A stretch of DNA of 64,000 bases. Origin: Squalus acanthias (taxonomy: Eukaryota). Of this stretch, positions 1-12,252 are shown piece by piece. Positions within the stretch are counted from its first letter, which is position 1, and each line of letters starts with the position of its first letter. The stretch spans positions 21,516,001 to 21,580,000 of the forward strand of contig CM059432.1 in assembly GCA_030390025.1 (NCBI GenBank). The letters run 5' to 3'. The notes under the pieces are model-generated. The model made no database searches and was not told where the DNA came from. It worked only from the letters and a program-made list of their open reading frames with translations. A program made the translations under genes and the position numbers.

Positions 1-677
1 GCATTCAGTGTTCATTCACTTGTACATTCAACAGTAATTTCTAAGTTATTGTCTTGTGTGTGTTCAGTGGGTACTGTATTAGAAAATGAAATCAGGTTGG
101 GGGTGTAACTCAGCCTGATTCAGTCCATTGAGGAGCTATGCTTGTCACCAATGGATAGATTTGTATTAACTATTTCATTTGCTATGGGTTAATTTATTAT
201 CTTTCGAATGAGCCAATGGCAAGGAACAAACTACCAAAAAGAACTGAATTCCACTGTACCTACGATGTTTATAGTTGCAGGCTTTGAGAATTGAAATGTT
301 AGGCCTTTCTCCAGCTGGGTACCAGGTTGTGGAGTGACGATATAGAGAGGTGAAGTCAGTCATTTTCCTTATAAATGCTCCTTCTTAGCCAATCAGTGAC
401 ATGTGATTGAGTTGCTCATCATTGATGTGAAACATTAGCAGAAACAGACAGCAGTATTTCAGTCGTGCTGCTTTGCTTTTTTCACATATTAACTATTACC
501 TTTCCTCATGCATCTTTAAAAATCCTGGCCTTTTGAAACACATTTGAGCACACAAGATCGGAAGCTTTCTCCACATCAACCTTGCCTTCAAAAATGCATG
601 AATTTGATTTCATACACAAAACTTAGTTAGTAAAGATCTTAAGATTGGATAATAACCCCTCCAAGCTCTCAGACATT

Positions 678-866
678 GGGGGCAATTTTAATTTAACCCG
701 CTTGTCGGGAAACTGACGGGATCGCGTGCAACGCTGGTTTCACACCCCGCCCGATTTTACTCTCCATTGGAGTAAATGGAGAGCAATATTGGGCTGGGTG
801 CAAACTGGCATTCCACCAGATCCTGTGGGTTTTCTCCTGGCGAGTTTATTAAAATTACCTCCCCCC
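678..866. mobile_element. Short palindromic MITE-like element
   Basis: Ends GGGGCAATTTTAA / TTAAAATTACCTCC are imperfect inverted repeats; central hairpin CTCTCCATT-ggagt-AAATGGAGAG; the two arms are loosely complementary throughout. Confidence 0.55.
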
Positions 867-1107
867 CTTACCCCCATGTTCTCAGTTGGCTTGGTTTGGT
901 CTGCCTTCGGGTTTGCATTTCTTTGCAGCCAAGATGAAGAAATAGTGAAGTAGATTCTTGTGAAACTTATCTTTTCTACCTTTTATGAGCTCTCATAAAG
1001 AGATGGAGCTACAAGTTGCTTGTTTAATGTATGTTGCTTTTTCAAAGCAGTGGAAATTGTGCCATATCACGATAGAAAATGATTGATTTTCACTTTGCAT
1101 GGGTTAC

Positions 1108-1270
1108 CTTGGAGAGAGGCCTGATTTATGGAGATGAGCTAAGAAGAACCCTCCTCCTCCCGGCACACAAAAATAGTTTTCTCCTTTTTTGTAAATGTTA
1201 TCTTTGTAGTACAGGGAATAATAAATGAATCCAGGGCCGTGTCTTTTTAAGTGAGAATGTGAATGGAGAT
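1108..1270 (-). other. Candidate host exon (unidentified)
   Basis: Minus strand: acceptor ggctttcctacag| and donor CCAAG|gtaacc; non-repetitive; one frame open throughout (DLHSHSHLKRHGPGFIYYSLYYKDNIYKKGENYFCVPGGGGFFLAHLHKSGLSPR). No homolog recognised. Confidence 0.3.
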
Positions 1271-2599
1271 CTGTAGGAAAGCCTCCACTGATGTAGTTAT
1301 ACTTTATTAAAGAAGGACAATACAGAAAGGCTGAACTGTATCTTGAACAAGGCTGTGCTTTCATGCCGCATGTTTAGGATTCTAGTCAGGGAAGACCACC
1401 TAGAGACTGAACTTGACCTGATCCAATATGACATCAGAAACCGTGAATTTGTTTCCTGTGCATTGCTCTCTCTGATACACTGCCTTACACACTCTTTTGT
1501 TGCTCATCAAAGAACATCATTGGAGCAAATCCAGTAACCAGCTTACAGAAAATGTTGGCGCCAGGTTCAGTTATGTCACTTCGCCATTGAATGTGTGAGA
1601 ATTCTCTTGAGGTTTTTGTCAGAGCACAAAAAAAAAGAAAGCTGGAAGTTGTTGAAGGGACTGCAGCCAATAATTCGTATCTGTTGTCCTTTTCTGAGCC
1701 ATTCCATTTCCCAAAACATGCGTTGTGAGCTTAAGGGCATCATTGAGTATTTGACCAATTCATATTGGGGAAAAAATAAACAAAACTAGTCAGAAATGTC
1801 TGAAGAACCCTTCCAGAGCAGTTCAAGTGGCTTTAGGTGTCCACATACACATGTGTGGATGGAAAAGCTAGCTCATGGGATGAAAATTTCACTTTTTGTG
1901 CTGGGTGCAGCAAGATTAGAAACTCGTCGGGGTCAATTTATCATCTGTACCATTTGAGTGGGAATTATTGCCTGGGTGGAGTGCAGGGAAGAAAACCGGG
2001 TTGGGGGGAGGAATTGCATTGCCAGTAACAGAGACTAACTCATTTTCCTTAGATTAATTTAAATGAAGGGAAAAATTAGGCAGGATTTGCTCTGGGTGTG
2101 CGATCCTCCCTTCTGGAGCACTGTCCAGGCAATGCTTCTTGCCTGCCCGGGCAGTATCGTAGAAAATCTACCTGATTCTTTATGAACGTGTTTACAATTT
2201 TGTTACACCAAACACACAGATCAAATCTTCCCCTATATTTTCCTGTAGCATGTTACAGGAAGACAAGGATTTTTGACAGCTGTCTTGCATGTTTAAAAAT
2301 AAATCAAAGCATCATAACATGTAACCTCCAATTTTACGAATGTATGCGACTAGTGGGGAGCCTTCCTTGTTGACCACTTGTATTGCAACATTGCAGGCAT
2401 GCCACACAATGTTCCTTCTATAATGGATGGAAAATTATTGGCAGTGTGGCCACAATTTCCTTAAATGCGCAACCAGTGGAATAGGCTCCCTGCCAGAAGC
2501 ACATGTTTGCAAAATAGACCTTGTAGTGCTCCACAGTATATCTTGCAGTGTATTTATTAGAGGCTGGCTTACCTACAAAGATTGTTTGAAGTACCTGAA

Positions 2600-3003
2600 C
2601 ACTTCGATTTTAAAATGCTCATCCCCTGTGCTCAAATCCCTCCATGGCCTCAACCCTCCACATCTCTGTAACCTCCTCCAGCCCTACAACCCTCCGAGAA
2701 TTCTGCGTCCCTCCAACTCTGGCCTCCTTTCCATTCCCCATTTACTTTGCCCCATCATTGGCGCCGTGCCTTCAGCTGCCTAGGCCCTAAGCTCTGGAGA
2801 TCCCTCCCTAGACCTCTCTGCCTCTCCACCTCTCTCTCCTCCTTTAAACCTTCCTTAAAATCAACCTCTTTGACCAAGCTTTTGGTCACTTGTCCAAATG
2901 GCACCTTCTTCGGCTGGTTGTCAATTTCTGTCTGATTACACCTCCTGTAAAGTGCCTTGGGACATTTTACTATGTCAAAGGGGCTATATAAGTAAGTTGT
3001 TGT
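2600..3003 (+). mobile_element. L2-clade LINE 3' fragment
   Basis: Translates to L2 ORF2 C-terminus (KSLHGLNPPHLCNLLQPY; RAFSCLGPKLWRSLP); tail cttgggacattttactatg..gctatata..gttgttgt is shared with copies at 40.2-41.3 kb and 46.7-47.4 kb. Confidence 0.8.
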
Positions 3004-3309
3004 CGTGAGGCAATGCAGTCATGTCATGCCTGTGTGCTTATTTAAACTTTAAATTGGAAGGTAGTCATTTAAAAGAGTGAGATAAATTTGCAGATCACAT
3101 CAAGCTGTTTTAATTGGGAAGAGGCAAAAAGAAAAATTGTGAATGCTGGAAAATTAAAATAAAGGCAATAGCACTGGAAATGCATAGCAAGTTGAAAACA
3201 ACCTGAAAGAAAGAAAGTATTAGGTCAACATTTCAGGCATTGTTGAAACAATTCTGTTCAGCCGAACGCTTGAAATGTTCTTTCTATCTCAGGAAATAGC
3301 TGAATGACT

Positions 3310-3475
3310 GTGACAGCTTCCCTCAGTTGGTTGCACCAGTTGCCTGTGAGTCAGAAGGTTGTAGTTTTAAGTCCATTCCAGGGCATGAGCACTTTATTAC
3401 TGAGGGAGTGCTTCACTATTGGAGATGTCGTCCATGAGATCCGATGTTGAAGCCAGACCTGCCTGTCTGTTCCAA
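3310..3475 (+). mobile_element. tRNA-headed SINE fragment (Deu/SacSINE-like)
   Basis: tRNA-like head (ctcagttggttgcacc..gagtcagaaggttgtagttttaagtcc) followed by ctgagggagtgc; related pieces near 14800, 38960, 41660, 46455 and 53050. Family assignment from memory. Confidence 0.55.
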
Positions 3476-4550
3476 TGGTAGTTTGAGAATTTGAATTCAG
3501 ATAAAAATAAATCTGGAAATAAAAAAAAAACTGGTGTCTGTAAAAGTGATCATGAAGCTGTGTATTGTCATAAAAACTCAACTGGTTCACTAATGTCCTT
3601 TAGGGAAGGAAACCTGCCTTCCTTACCCGGACTGGTCTATGTGTGTCTCCAGTCCCACTCCAAAGTGATTGACTTTTAACTGACTTCTGAAGTGGCCTGG
3701 CAAGCTACTCAGTTGCATCAAACTGCCACAAAGAATAACAAGAACAAAACCGGACGGACCACATCGCTGCAACCTAGGAACTGAGTCAGGACACGTTGAA
3801 GGCACACCTACGATATCCCCTCCCAAGATTGTCACTGTATGGGAGCCGGCTGATATCCCGCTCTCCTCAACCAGCAAGCTGTCTTGGAGTATTGGTTTGG
3901 TGCCCGCACCTTGCCGGCAGCATGCAAATGAGGCCTGGGCCTCCAAATGGCTCAGGCGTCATGGTGGTAAAAGCGGGCACGAGGCGGGCATTCTCCACCC
4001 ACTGACCGCCCATTGTGTGCCTAAAATTAAAATTGGCCCCACTGTCTCACTAATAATAGGACTGTGCTCTGTTACTTCAGCCTGAATGAATCATTAGCAG
4101 TGTATTGTTGAACAGTAACAACATAATGAACAATATAATGATTTTTTTATGCTTTACATATTCTTTGAATAGATGACAAACAATTCTGATCATATTACTT
4201 CTGGATTATTTTGGTCCAGAAATTATACTGAAGTTCGTTTCCACTATGGCAACAGTCACTGCACTCCAAAAAGTAATTCATCATGTGAAGCGCTTTGAGA
4301 CATTTCAACAATGTGAGAAAGCATTATGTAAATGCAAGTCTTCTTTTCTTTTTATTCTTTTAGAAAGCCATATAAGCACAGTAGTTTCTCCATTCTCTGC
4401 TAAAGTGTACAATTATCAATAATTATTTCCATCCGTATAGATAGGCTATAAGACATTAATATAACTGGAGCTTAAAGACTCCCTACTGGCTCAGTTTATA
4501 ACTTCTCTTCTTCTTAGGCAGTCCCTATGGTAGTTAGTCTCATGCAATAC

Positions 4551-4747
4551 CTCATCATTTTGGTGAACGTGCTGTAGGACATCTAAGCTACCTTCCTTTG
4601 TGTGCTTCCAGGAACTTCTGGGCCCGAGGTGGGTCTCTTTACTCTCCAGCCCCCCTCAAATGAAGCATCCTTCCCTGGTTATTACGACAGGAGCGGAACA
4701 GCTTTCGACAAAGAGAGACAAAGATCAGCAAAATGTTTGCAGTAATC
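4551..4747 (-). other. Candidate host exon (mostly non-coding)
   Basis: Minus strand: polypyrimidine acceptor tttttttatgcttggcag| and donor ATGATGAG|gtattg; stops in all three frames; an ATG at 4582 is open to the donor. Confidence 0.3.
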
Positions 4748-5020
4748 CTGCCAAGCATAAAAAAACACACACAAAGGAAAACAGGGTGGGGCGAGGGATC
4801 GTATATTATTGCTGCTCTTTTCCACTGTCACAGTTGAAAATAAATACGTTGTGCCTTATTTTTTTGTCAACTATGTCCAAGATCCATTACTGTAATCACT
4901 TACTAAATTGAGTATATCAGTTGTGCATATGTGCTGGTTAATGTATCATCCCTGTAAATCTTGATTGGGAGTGGGAGGGAAAGCAGGGTACCACTGTTGT
5001 GAGTAAAACAGAACATACTA

Positions 5021-5898
5021 GGGGGTGATTTTGTCAGCGCTCAGGGGTCGGGTTTGGAGGCGGGACTGCTGGCAAAATCAAAAAGATTGGCAGCGGGTCC
5101 CGAACCCACTTCCAACCTGCCTCCAATCAATCTTCCCGGGAGTCGGGTCCCCGATTTGCGCAGGGATCCGACTCCTAGCGGCAGGAAGAGGATTATAGCC
5201 ACTTAACTGCTTGTTAACAGGTAGTTAACAGGCAGTTAAGGGGCTTTTTCCAATTTTTCCAGGTCGACTGCGGGCTTCACGACGCCCAGACACCACGCCA
5301 GGTAAGTGTGGCTTGCGGTGGGTCTACTGTAATGTTTCTTCATTGATGACAGCTGCAGACGTGGTGTGAAGGATCCAATGGTACACTGGTGTATTTCAGA
5401 GGTAAGGAAATGCTGGGAAAATCATTTTTAATGTATTTAGACTTTTCTGTAGGTAATAAGGTTTAAAGTGTTTGTGCAGCCCCACCTCATTGGGAGAACC
5501 TCTCTCACCAGTGACAGATTGCTTCTGTAACCTCACCTGCAGCTGCCATCTGTTTTATACTAAGGAGAGAGTCTCTGGAGAGCCTGGGAGCAAGGGCTCA
5601 CCTTTGTACAGTGATTGGCAGTGTTTGCAGCACATCAATGCTGTCAAACACTGAAAAACCATCTGTCAAACAAAAATAAGCATGTCCACTTTAAGAAAAC
5701 TGACAGATGATGCATCATCAACTGACATTATCTGACACTGGCTTTCTCTTAATTGGCCAGCAAGCCCGCAGGGCGGGCTTAACAAGGCCAATTGATGCAA
5801 AATAGCGTCTGTGCGTCGGACGTCGTTGGGGGCGGGATCGGAACCTGCAAGTCAGCTGACCCGCTCCCAACTCGCACCGAAAGGTAAGATCCCGGCCC
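5021..5898 (+). mobile_element. Non-autonomous PIF/Harbinger-like element (copy A)
   Basis: Both ends align with the reverse complement of 10316-11115 (e.g. agccacttaactg..ttaacaggtagttaacaggcag; aagcccgc.gggcgggcttaacaagg); GGG..CCC termini. Confidence 0.65.
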
Positions 5899-6124
5899 AT
5901 TATGTCAACCTGATTAAGGTAGGTCTATAAGGCATCAATGTTGCAATTAATGTTTAAACTAACTGTACATCAAAATATACTTCATATGGAACTAACCAAA
6001 CGAAAAATTCAAACTAGTGTTGATAACTCGTTGTTTATATTTATGAAATATGTCAGGTTCTCAAAAACAGCAAAAGCAGCAAAGTCAGAATGTCAATTTT
6101 TTAATTCATAGTGGATGAAAGGCC

Positions 6125-6490
6125 AAGTAGCTCTCTGATGCTTTAGTGGGTGAATACACCCTCCTGTGTTGTATAAGTTTGATCCATGTTCTGTGCCGAG
6201 TTAACTAATCTCAACTGGGATAGAAGCAAGAGAGGGAAAATTGGCCCCACTGCCCCTTGGCTCGGGCGGGGAAAAGCTCCCACTTCTAATTGCTACACCA
6301 TTAATCTCTGCTGCACGTGTGAATTTTGAGTGAGAACAGGTTCAGAACTGGCAGCGATGCTCTGCAGGCCCAATTAGCCCGTCAACCCGTCTAGGCTCAC
6401 ACATGAAGAATGGTCACTTGGGTGAGGTACCGGAGTATAGCTGGCTGGAACCCACGCAACCATATCACAGCATGAATCAATGCATTCGGG
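6125..6490 (+). mobile_element. LF-SINE-like element
   Basis: Motifs ctgtgccgagttaactaatctca, tgccccttggct and ctaggctcacacatgaagaatggtcacttgggtgaggtac; related diverged copies at ~17290-17600 (-), ~57430-57740 and ~58440-58650. Family name from memory. Confidence 0.5.
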
Positions 6491-7258
6491 GGAGAAGGAA
6501 AGTATCAGAAGAAGAAAAAAGCTTGTAATGGTCAGTTGCAATGTGCCAAAATGTGACACACCTTCTGAGCGGTGCTTCACAGATCACCATCACTCATATA
6601 GATAGTGGAAGTGCATCTTAAGGATGTAATATTTATGTTCTATTGTGCTCATTCTTATGTGGAAACCCTCTTGTAGTTGAATCATCTGCTTCGATGTCAG
6701 AACACCTGTTACACTCTGTCAACAGTGATCAATCACCAGAGTTAAATTGGAAACGAAGAAATTGAGCTGACCTGATTGAAGCTTTAAAGATTATGAAAGC
6801 AGTTGACAAAAGCTGAGCCAGGCACATTGTCCTCTGTGGTAAAGGATTTCAATGCCAGAGGACAGGTATTAGGAAGAACCTTCAGAAAGACCATTGAAAT
6901 AGGCAGTGTAAGTCGGTTCAAGAGACAATTGGTGTTGAGAGACATGTTAAGGGATATAAGAAGGTGGGTAAGTGGAATTGGTTGGGCCGAATGCTATTTA
7001 CTGTCCTTAGTAGTTGTAACATTCCAACATAATAATGTGTAAATATCATTTCTGGGAAAGACATTACACAAATACATGCACTTATTTTTCAAAGGATGCA
7101 AATATGCACTGGTAACTATTTCATTAATACTATAATTGTTTACATCACTCCTAACCAGGCACAAGTGACAGTGCAAGACACTAGTCGCAACCTGTTAAAA
7201 TGGGGCTGAACAAAGTACCCTTAATCGATGGAATGCAGAGAATCAATCTGATTTTTCT

Positions 7259-7476
7259 GTTGCCTAGCAACCCAGAGACGTATCTCAGTGGCTGCAAGTT
7301 CCACTTTTAACCAGGAGTGATATTAGCAAGGATGGTTTGACTGCACTGTGAGGGAAAGCATTTTTTTATGGATTTTTACTTAAAAGAAAATATTTTGACA
7401 TTAAAGTTTTGGAATGAGTTAACCTGATAATGCTGCTGTCTACTAGCTCCCTCGCACTCTGAAACTATAACTCCCA
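7259..7476. promoter_or_regulatory. RFX X-box plus ZNF143-type motif
   Basis: GTTGCCTAGCAAC (7259-7271) and ACTATAACTCCCA (7464-7476) in non-repetitive DNA. Motif match only. Confidence 0.3.
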
Positions 7477-8076
7477 GTATTACAGCATATTACACTCGCT
7501 CAACAAAGGTTATGTTCTGATGATGTGAATTGTGCATTACTTGTATGCACCAGCCAAGTTACTATAGTTGATTTCCTCTCAATTTTCTCTCTTCCTCTCC
7601 TGAAGTTGCTAACGCATGCTGGGGTAGGGTTTCATGTGTGTCATCAGTCACCCAATGCCTCATGTAACAACAACTAGCACTTATATATGTGCCTTTAATC
7701 TAATGACATTTCTCAAGGCACTTTACAAGGGAGAATCAAGAACCAAGAAACTGAGCAGATCAACCAAATGGTCATTCTTTACCTATGTGTGTAGCTAGTG
7801 AGTGTTTGGCAGTTGATTGGAGTGGTGTGAGGGACGGGGGGTTCACAACCAAGTTTGTGATGTCCACTCATGCACTTTTCAGCAAGGTAACCAGATAGAG
7901 CAGAAACCATGCTGCATTTTCCTCTCACTAGGCCAGAGAAGCTGAGATAAATTGTAGCAGCCCTTTTATGAACCTGGCTGAGATACATCAATGTCAGCCG
8001 ACAGCATTTCACGCTGATGGTCAACAGTTTGGAGACCTGATCAGTGTGTCAGCATTTACAACAAAAATCAGTCCAG

Positions 8077-8660
8077 ACCTGGAATACAAGGGGGTAGAGG
8101 TTATGCTGCAGATATACAAAGCCCTGGTTAGACCACACCTGGAGCACTGTGAGCAGTTCTGGGCACCACACCTTAGGAAGGATATATTGGCCTTGGAGGG
8201 AGTGCAGGCTAGGTTTACCAGAATGATACCCGGACTTCAAGGGTTAAATTACGAGGAAACATTATACAAATTAGGTTTGTATTCCCTAGAATTTAGAAGG
8301 TTAAGGGGTGATTTGATCGAATTTTTCAAGATATTAAGGGGAACAGTTAGGGTAGACAGAGAGAAACTATTTCTGCTGGTTGGGGAGTCTAAAAATTAGA
8401 GCCAGACCTTTCAGGAGTGGAATTAGGAAACACTTCTACACACAAAGGGTGGTAGAAGTTTGGAAACCTCTTCCACAAACAGCCATTGATGCTCGATCAA
8501 TTGCTAATTTTAAATCTGAGATTGATAGATTTTTTGTTAGCCAAAGGTATTACGGGTATGGGATAAAGGCGGGTGTATGGAGTTAGGTCACATATCAGCC
8601 ATGATCTCATTGAATGGGGGAACAGGCTCGAGGGGCTAAATGACCTACTCCTGTTCCTAT
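8077..8660 (+). mobile_element. CR1 LINE 3' fragment
   Basis: LEYKGVEVMLQIYKALVRPHLEHCEQFWAPHLRKDILALEGVQ..RRLRGDLIE; CR1 3' UTR ending ctactcctgttcctatg. Confidence 0.9.
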
Positions 8661-8950
8661 GTCATCATGCTCCTACTGAGTCCAGCTGCTGTTGCACTGG
8701 GTCGTTCTCTCCTTTCAATTCCATTTCGATGCAAATGGCAAGGATTGAAGCCTCAGTACAATGTAGTTGGGAACTCTCGTGCAAACAGGAATTCCCATTT
8801 ACGATATAGAGAGGCCACAATCCCTGCCATTGACACTGTTAGGAGAGAGGGAGCTAGTCCAGTGTGGGACTGAGTGGGCGTGGGGGGAATGGATTGTAAT
8901 GAAGGTAAGAGTGGATGGCAATGAAAGGGGTGAAATAGAAAGCAGATGAC

Positions 8951-9601
8951 TGTGTACATCATGGAGAGTTAAAGGATTAAAATTTGAACTTCTTCGTATC
9001 GTGGAGCAATAGACTTTCCAATATAAACAGAATGGCTTTGAAGTGTCATGAGAGGAAAGCGTAGCTTGTCTTAGGATAATGTAAAGTGCTTGTGCAAAGA
9101 AATACATGAGAGTAATGATATCAGACGTAAATTATTTATGTGTAACTTTAGGGGCTAGGGTAATAAACATAGGTAGAGGTATCCATTAGCTATAGTATGG
9201 AAAGATGACAATTGATAAAGCCTATTCTTCAAAGGGTTTAAGGACAGTTACATCAGGAAGTCTTGTTTAAAGGAAGTAGCTTTGGAGTAAACAACTACAA
9301 CTGTTTACATGAATAGTCTGTCTTCAAAGGATTTGGGAATAGATTTGTCATGAGGTCTTAACTATAACATGTACTTTTGATGCAGGCAAAATATGGTGTA
9401 TAAAGGAGCATAATTTTCAATAGGTCTTCAAAGATTTCGAAAGATGTGGAAATCGAAAAGCCACTCTCTGATCCTGGCTGGGTTGATCCCTCAACCTAGG
9501 TATCAATAAAGTCTGTTCCATGCACAACACTACAAAGTGTCTTGTGCTTACTCAAAACGTGTTGTTGTGAACCTTAGAAGGAAGGAGGTTGAATGCGAAC
9601 A
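8951..9601 (+). mobile_element. Solo LTR, 651 bp, 5-bp TSD
   Basis: TG (8951) ... CA (9601), flanked by ATGAC on both sides (8946-8950, 9602-9606); TATAAA at 9399 and AATAAA at 9505. Confidence 0.8.
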
Positions 9602-10315
9602 ATGACAAATGGATGAGAATGAAATAGGGCAAATAGATGATAATGAAAGGGGGCAAATGGATGGCATTAGTGGTGGGAATAGATGGCAGTGAAAAAGGGG
9701 GAAATAGATGGCAATGAAGGGAAGAGGAATGGGGCAGAAGCTGAGAGAAGTTCTTTTGGCTTTGAGTGCCAACATGAATTCTGGAGAGGGAAGAAAAAGT
9801 GTCAGCTTTGAACTGCGGGGGCGGCGGGCGGGGGGTGGGGGGGGCGGTGAATTAAGCGTATCAGTTGAATCTCATTGGAAGAGAAAGGTGGCCAAGTTAA
9901 ATTGAAGGTGGAGAGGGGGCAAGAGTAGCAGTATGAACAGAGATGGTTATAAGAGAAGAGAAAGTCTTTGTGAAAGGGTAGGGAGTTGGATTGGGTACAG
10001 TGTATCTATGAAATGGGTCTGGTGGGAAGTTGGAAGTGGGACAGTGACTGTTGAGGTAACCTTTTTGCTGTGATGGTTTGGTTGAACTGTTGAAAATCCA
10101 AATGCCAATGACCTTTCCCTGTTTGATTAAAATATGTTAATTTTTATGTATAAAATCATGCCCTTGTCAACATGTGCACTTTACATCAGGGTATATTGGA
10201 TAGCAACCAAGCATGAGAACCATGGCTGATTTTTTTTAACCCCCGTTCCCTACCATGGGAGGTGAGTATATTTACTGAGGCAAAGATGCCAAGAGACGGA
10301 AGAGGCAAACACTTA

Positions 10316-11115
10316 GGGTTGGATTTTGCCAATGGGGAGCTTTTGGAGGCGGGACTCCCACTTGTCGGGTTTTAGTCCCGCCTCCATCGACTTCTGGCCA
10401 ACCCACGCTATTTTCCCTTGATTAACCTTGTTAAGCCCGCCCAGCGGGCTTAGCAGGCCAATTAAGGGAAGCCGGTTACAGAGAACGTCAGCGTATGATG
10501 TTTCATCTGTCAAAAATTTGTGAAGCTGTCAAACACTGACATTCTATGTTGGTGGATGAGTTCTTGTATTCAAGACTCATCAAACCTCTTTTGTGAGCAG
10601 AAATTAGATGGTTGTTGCATCGGAGAATGCAGCAGCCATCTGTCATCTCTGCTGGTGAGATGCGAGACTCTCTGCATCCCCAACGTTTGAAGCCTGCAGG
10701 AAGAAACAAAGGTAAGTAAACATTTTCTATCACTTTCCACTCACCTCACATATTTACCTCTCCACACTTGCACCCATCACTTACCTTCACAGCACACTTT
10801 TGCACCCCACAGACCCCCGCAGACCCACTGCTCGCCTCGGTGACCCTGGCGGGGTTTGCAGCCTTCACTTGTGTGGGTAAAATGGGGACAATCCTCTTAT
10901 CTGCCTGTTAACTACCTGTTAACAGACAGTTAAGTGGCTGTAATCCCCTTCCCGCCTCCAGGAGACGGGACCCGGTGCGGGTTGGCTACCCGCCTCCCGG
11001 GAAGATGGCACGGAGGCGGATTGGGGGCGGGATGCGCACCCGCCCCCAGATTCTGCCATTTTCCCGGCAGTCCCGCCTCCATACCCACCTCCCCAGGGCT
11101 GGCAAGATCACGCCC
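10316..11115 (-). mobile_element. Non-autonomous PIF/Harbinger-like element (copy B)
   Basis: TIRs GGGTTGGATTTTGCCA / TGGCAAGATCACGCCC; TTA target duplication (10313-10315, 11116-11118), typical of PIF/Harbinger; homologous to 5021-5898. Confidence 0.75.
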
Positions 11116-12252
11116 TTAGCATCAGAGGATCAGAGATTCGCCCCTCCAACCTGAACCTAAAAAGTGAAGTTACTTGAGCTCTCATCCCTAACATTTATCC
11201 TTGAATAGGTAGTGTAGCCCAACACACGGTTCACAGCCACTCACATAAGCATTAAGTACCACCTTTTTAATTTCCTGTCGATTTCTAACTAAAATGACAA
11301 GTCTGCAGCTCATCAAATTCTAAGAAAAGTGAGTCAGAAACATAAGGCCTGAGTGGGAGTACATGGAAAGATGTAAGCAAGCCTTGCTGTTCCAGAGTGT
11401 GTGCCTACTCCGTAATTGTAGCAATACATGGTTACACTGGATCACAGGACTAAAGCCGTAAAACCCTGAAGATTTAAATCTCTGCCACCAGAGAAACACG
11501 GTGAAAATCATCGACAATGTCATGTTGGACTAGCCGGAGTAGGATTTGCGGCAAATATCAGATGAGACTTTTGCAGTCAGGTATTCTAATAATAACTTTG
11601 TTCAGATGGGAAGTAATCTGTTTATCATCGAAGTTAATCGAATCACTTTGAGGTTTTGGACATTTATCAACCTTACCATGAAACAATGATAAACTATAAG
11701 CCAAGGTATAACCATAAGCACTTAGCATCTCAGTCTTTTTACACTAACACTACGTGAAGTAGTAGGGTAGGAAGAGGCACTGGCTGCAGGGAAGATGGCG
11801 ATGTTAATATAGAGACAGCCAACAATCACGCTTAAGATTATCATTTGAGTATACACATGGACAAAATGCCACAGGCAGAGGCAAGTACAGATTGTTGCAG
11901 AGTGATGTATCCCACTGGGAAGATGCATTCCCCAAAGAGTAAGCAGAGCGCTGCTAGAGACTTGTTATGACAGAAAAGTAATGTGCTGCCTGAAGCTTTT
12001 CAATTTGCTGCGAACTCTGGAGTAAAAGCTTCTTAATTGCATGACAGTCCTACAGCTCCAGCTCGCTTCAAGATGTTTATAATGAGATGTAACTAAAATG
12101 GTTGTGACACACTATTATAAAAGGCTGCAAAAGAAAAGTTAAAACAAGGATTACTCCGAGCTGATTGTATATCCAATGCAAAATTAACATCACAGTGCAA
12201 CCAAGAGACCAGATCCAACAGCAAGAAAACATTGTGGTTCATTTCTTAAGAA

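Noticed and set aside
1430..1525. Possible C/D box snoRNA on the minus strand (TGATGA..CTGA)
   Set aside because: No terminal stem or recognisable guide sequence; such short boxes occur by chance.
11722..11928. 68-aa minus-strand ORF with a hydrophobic stretch (MIILSVIVGCLYINIAIF)
   Set aside because: No recognisable homolog and no convincing splice donor; compatible with chance.
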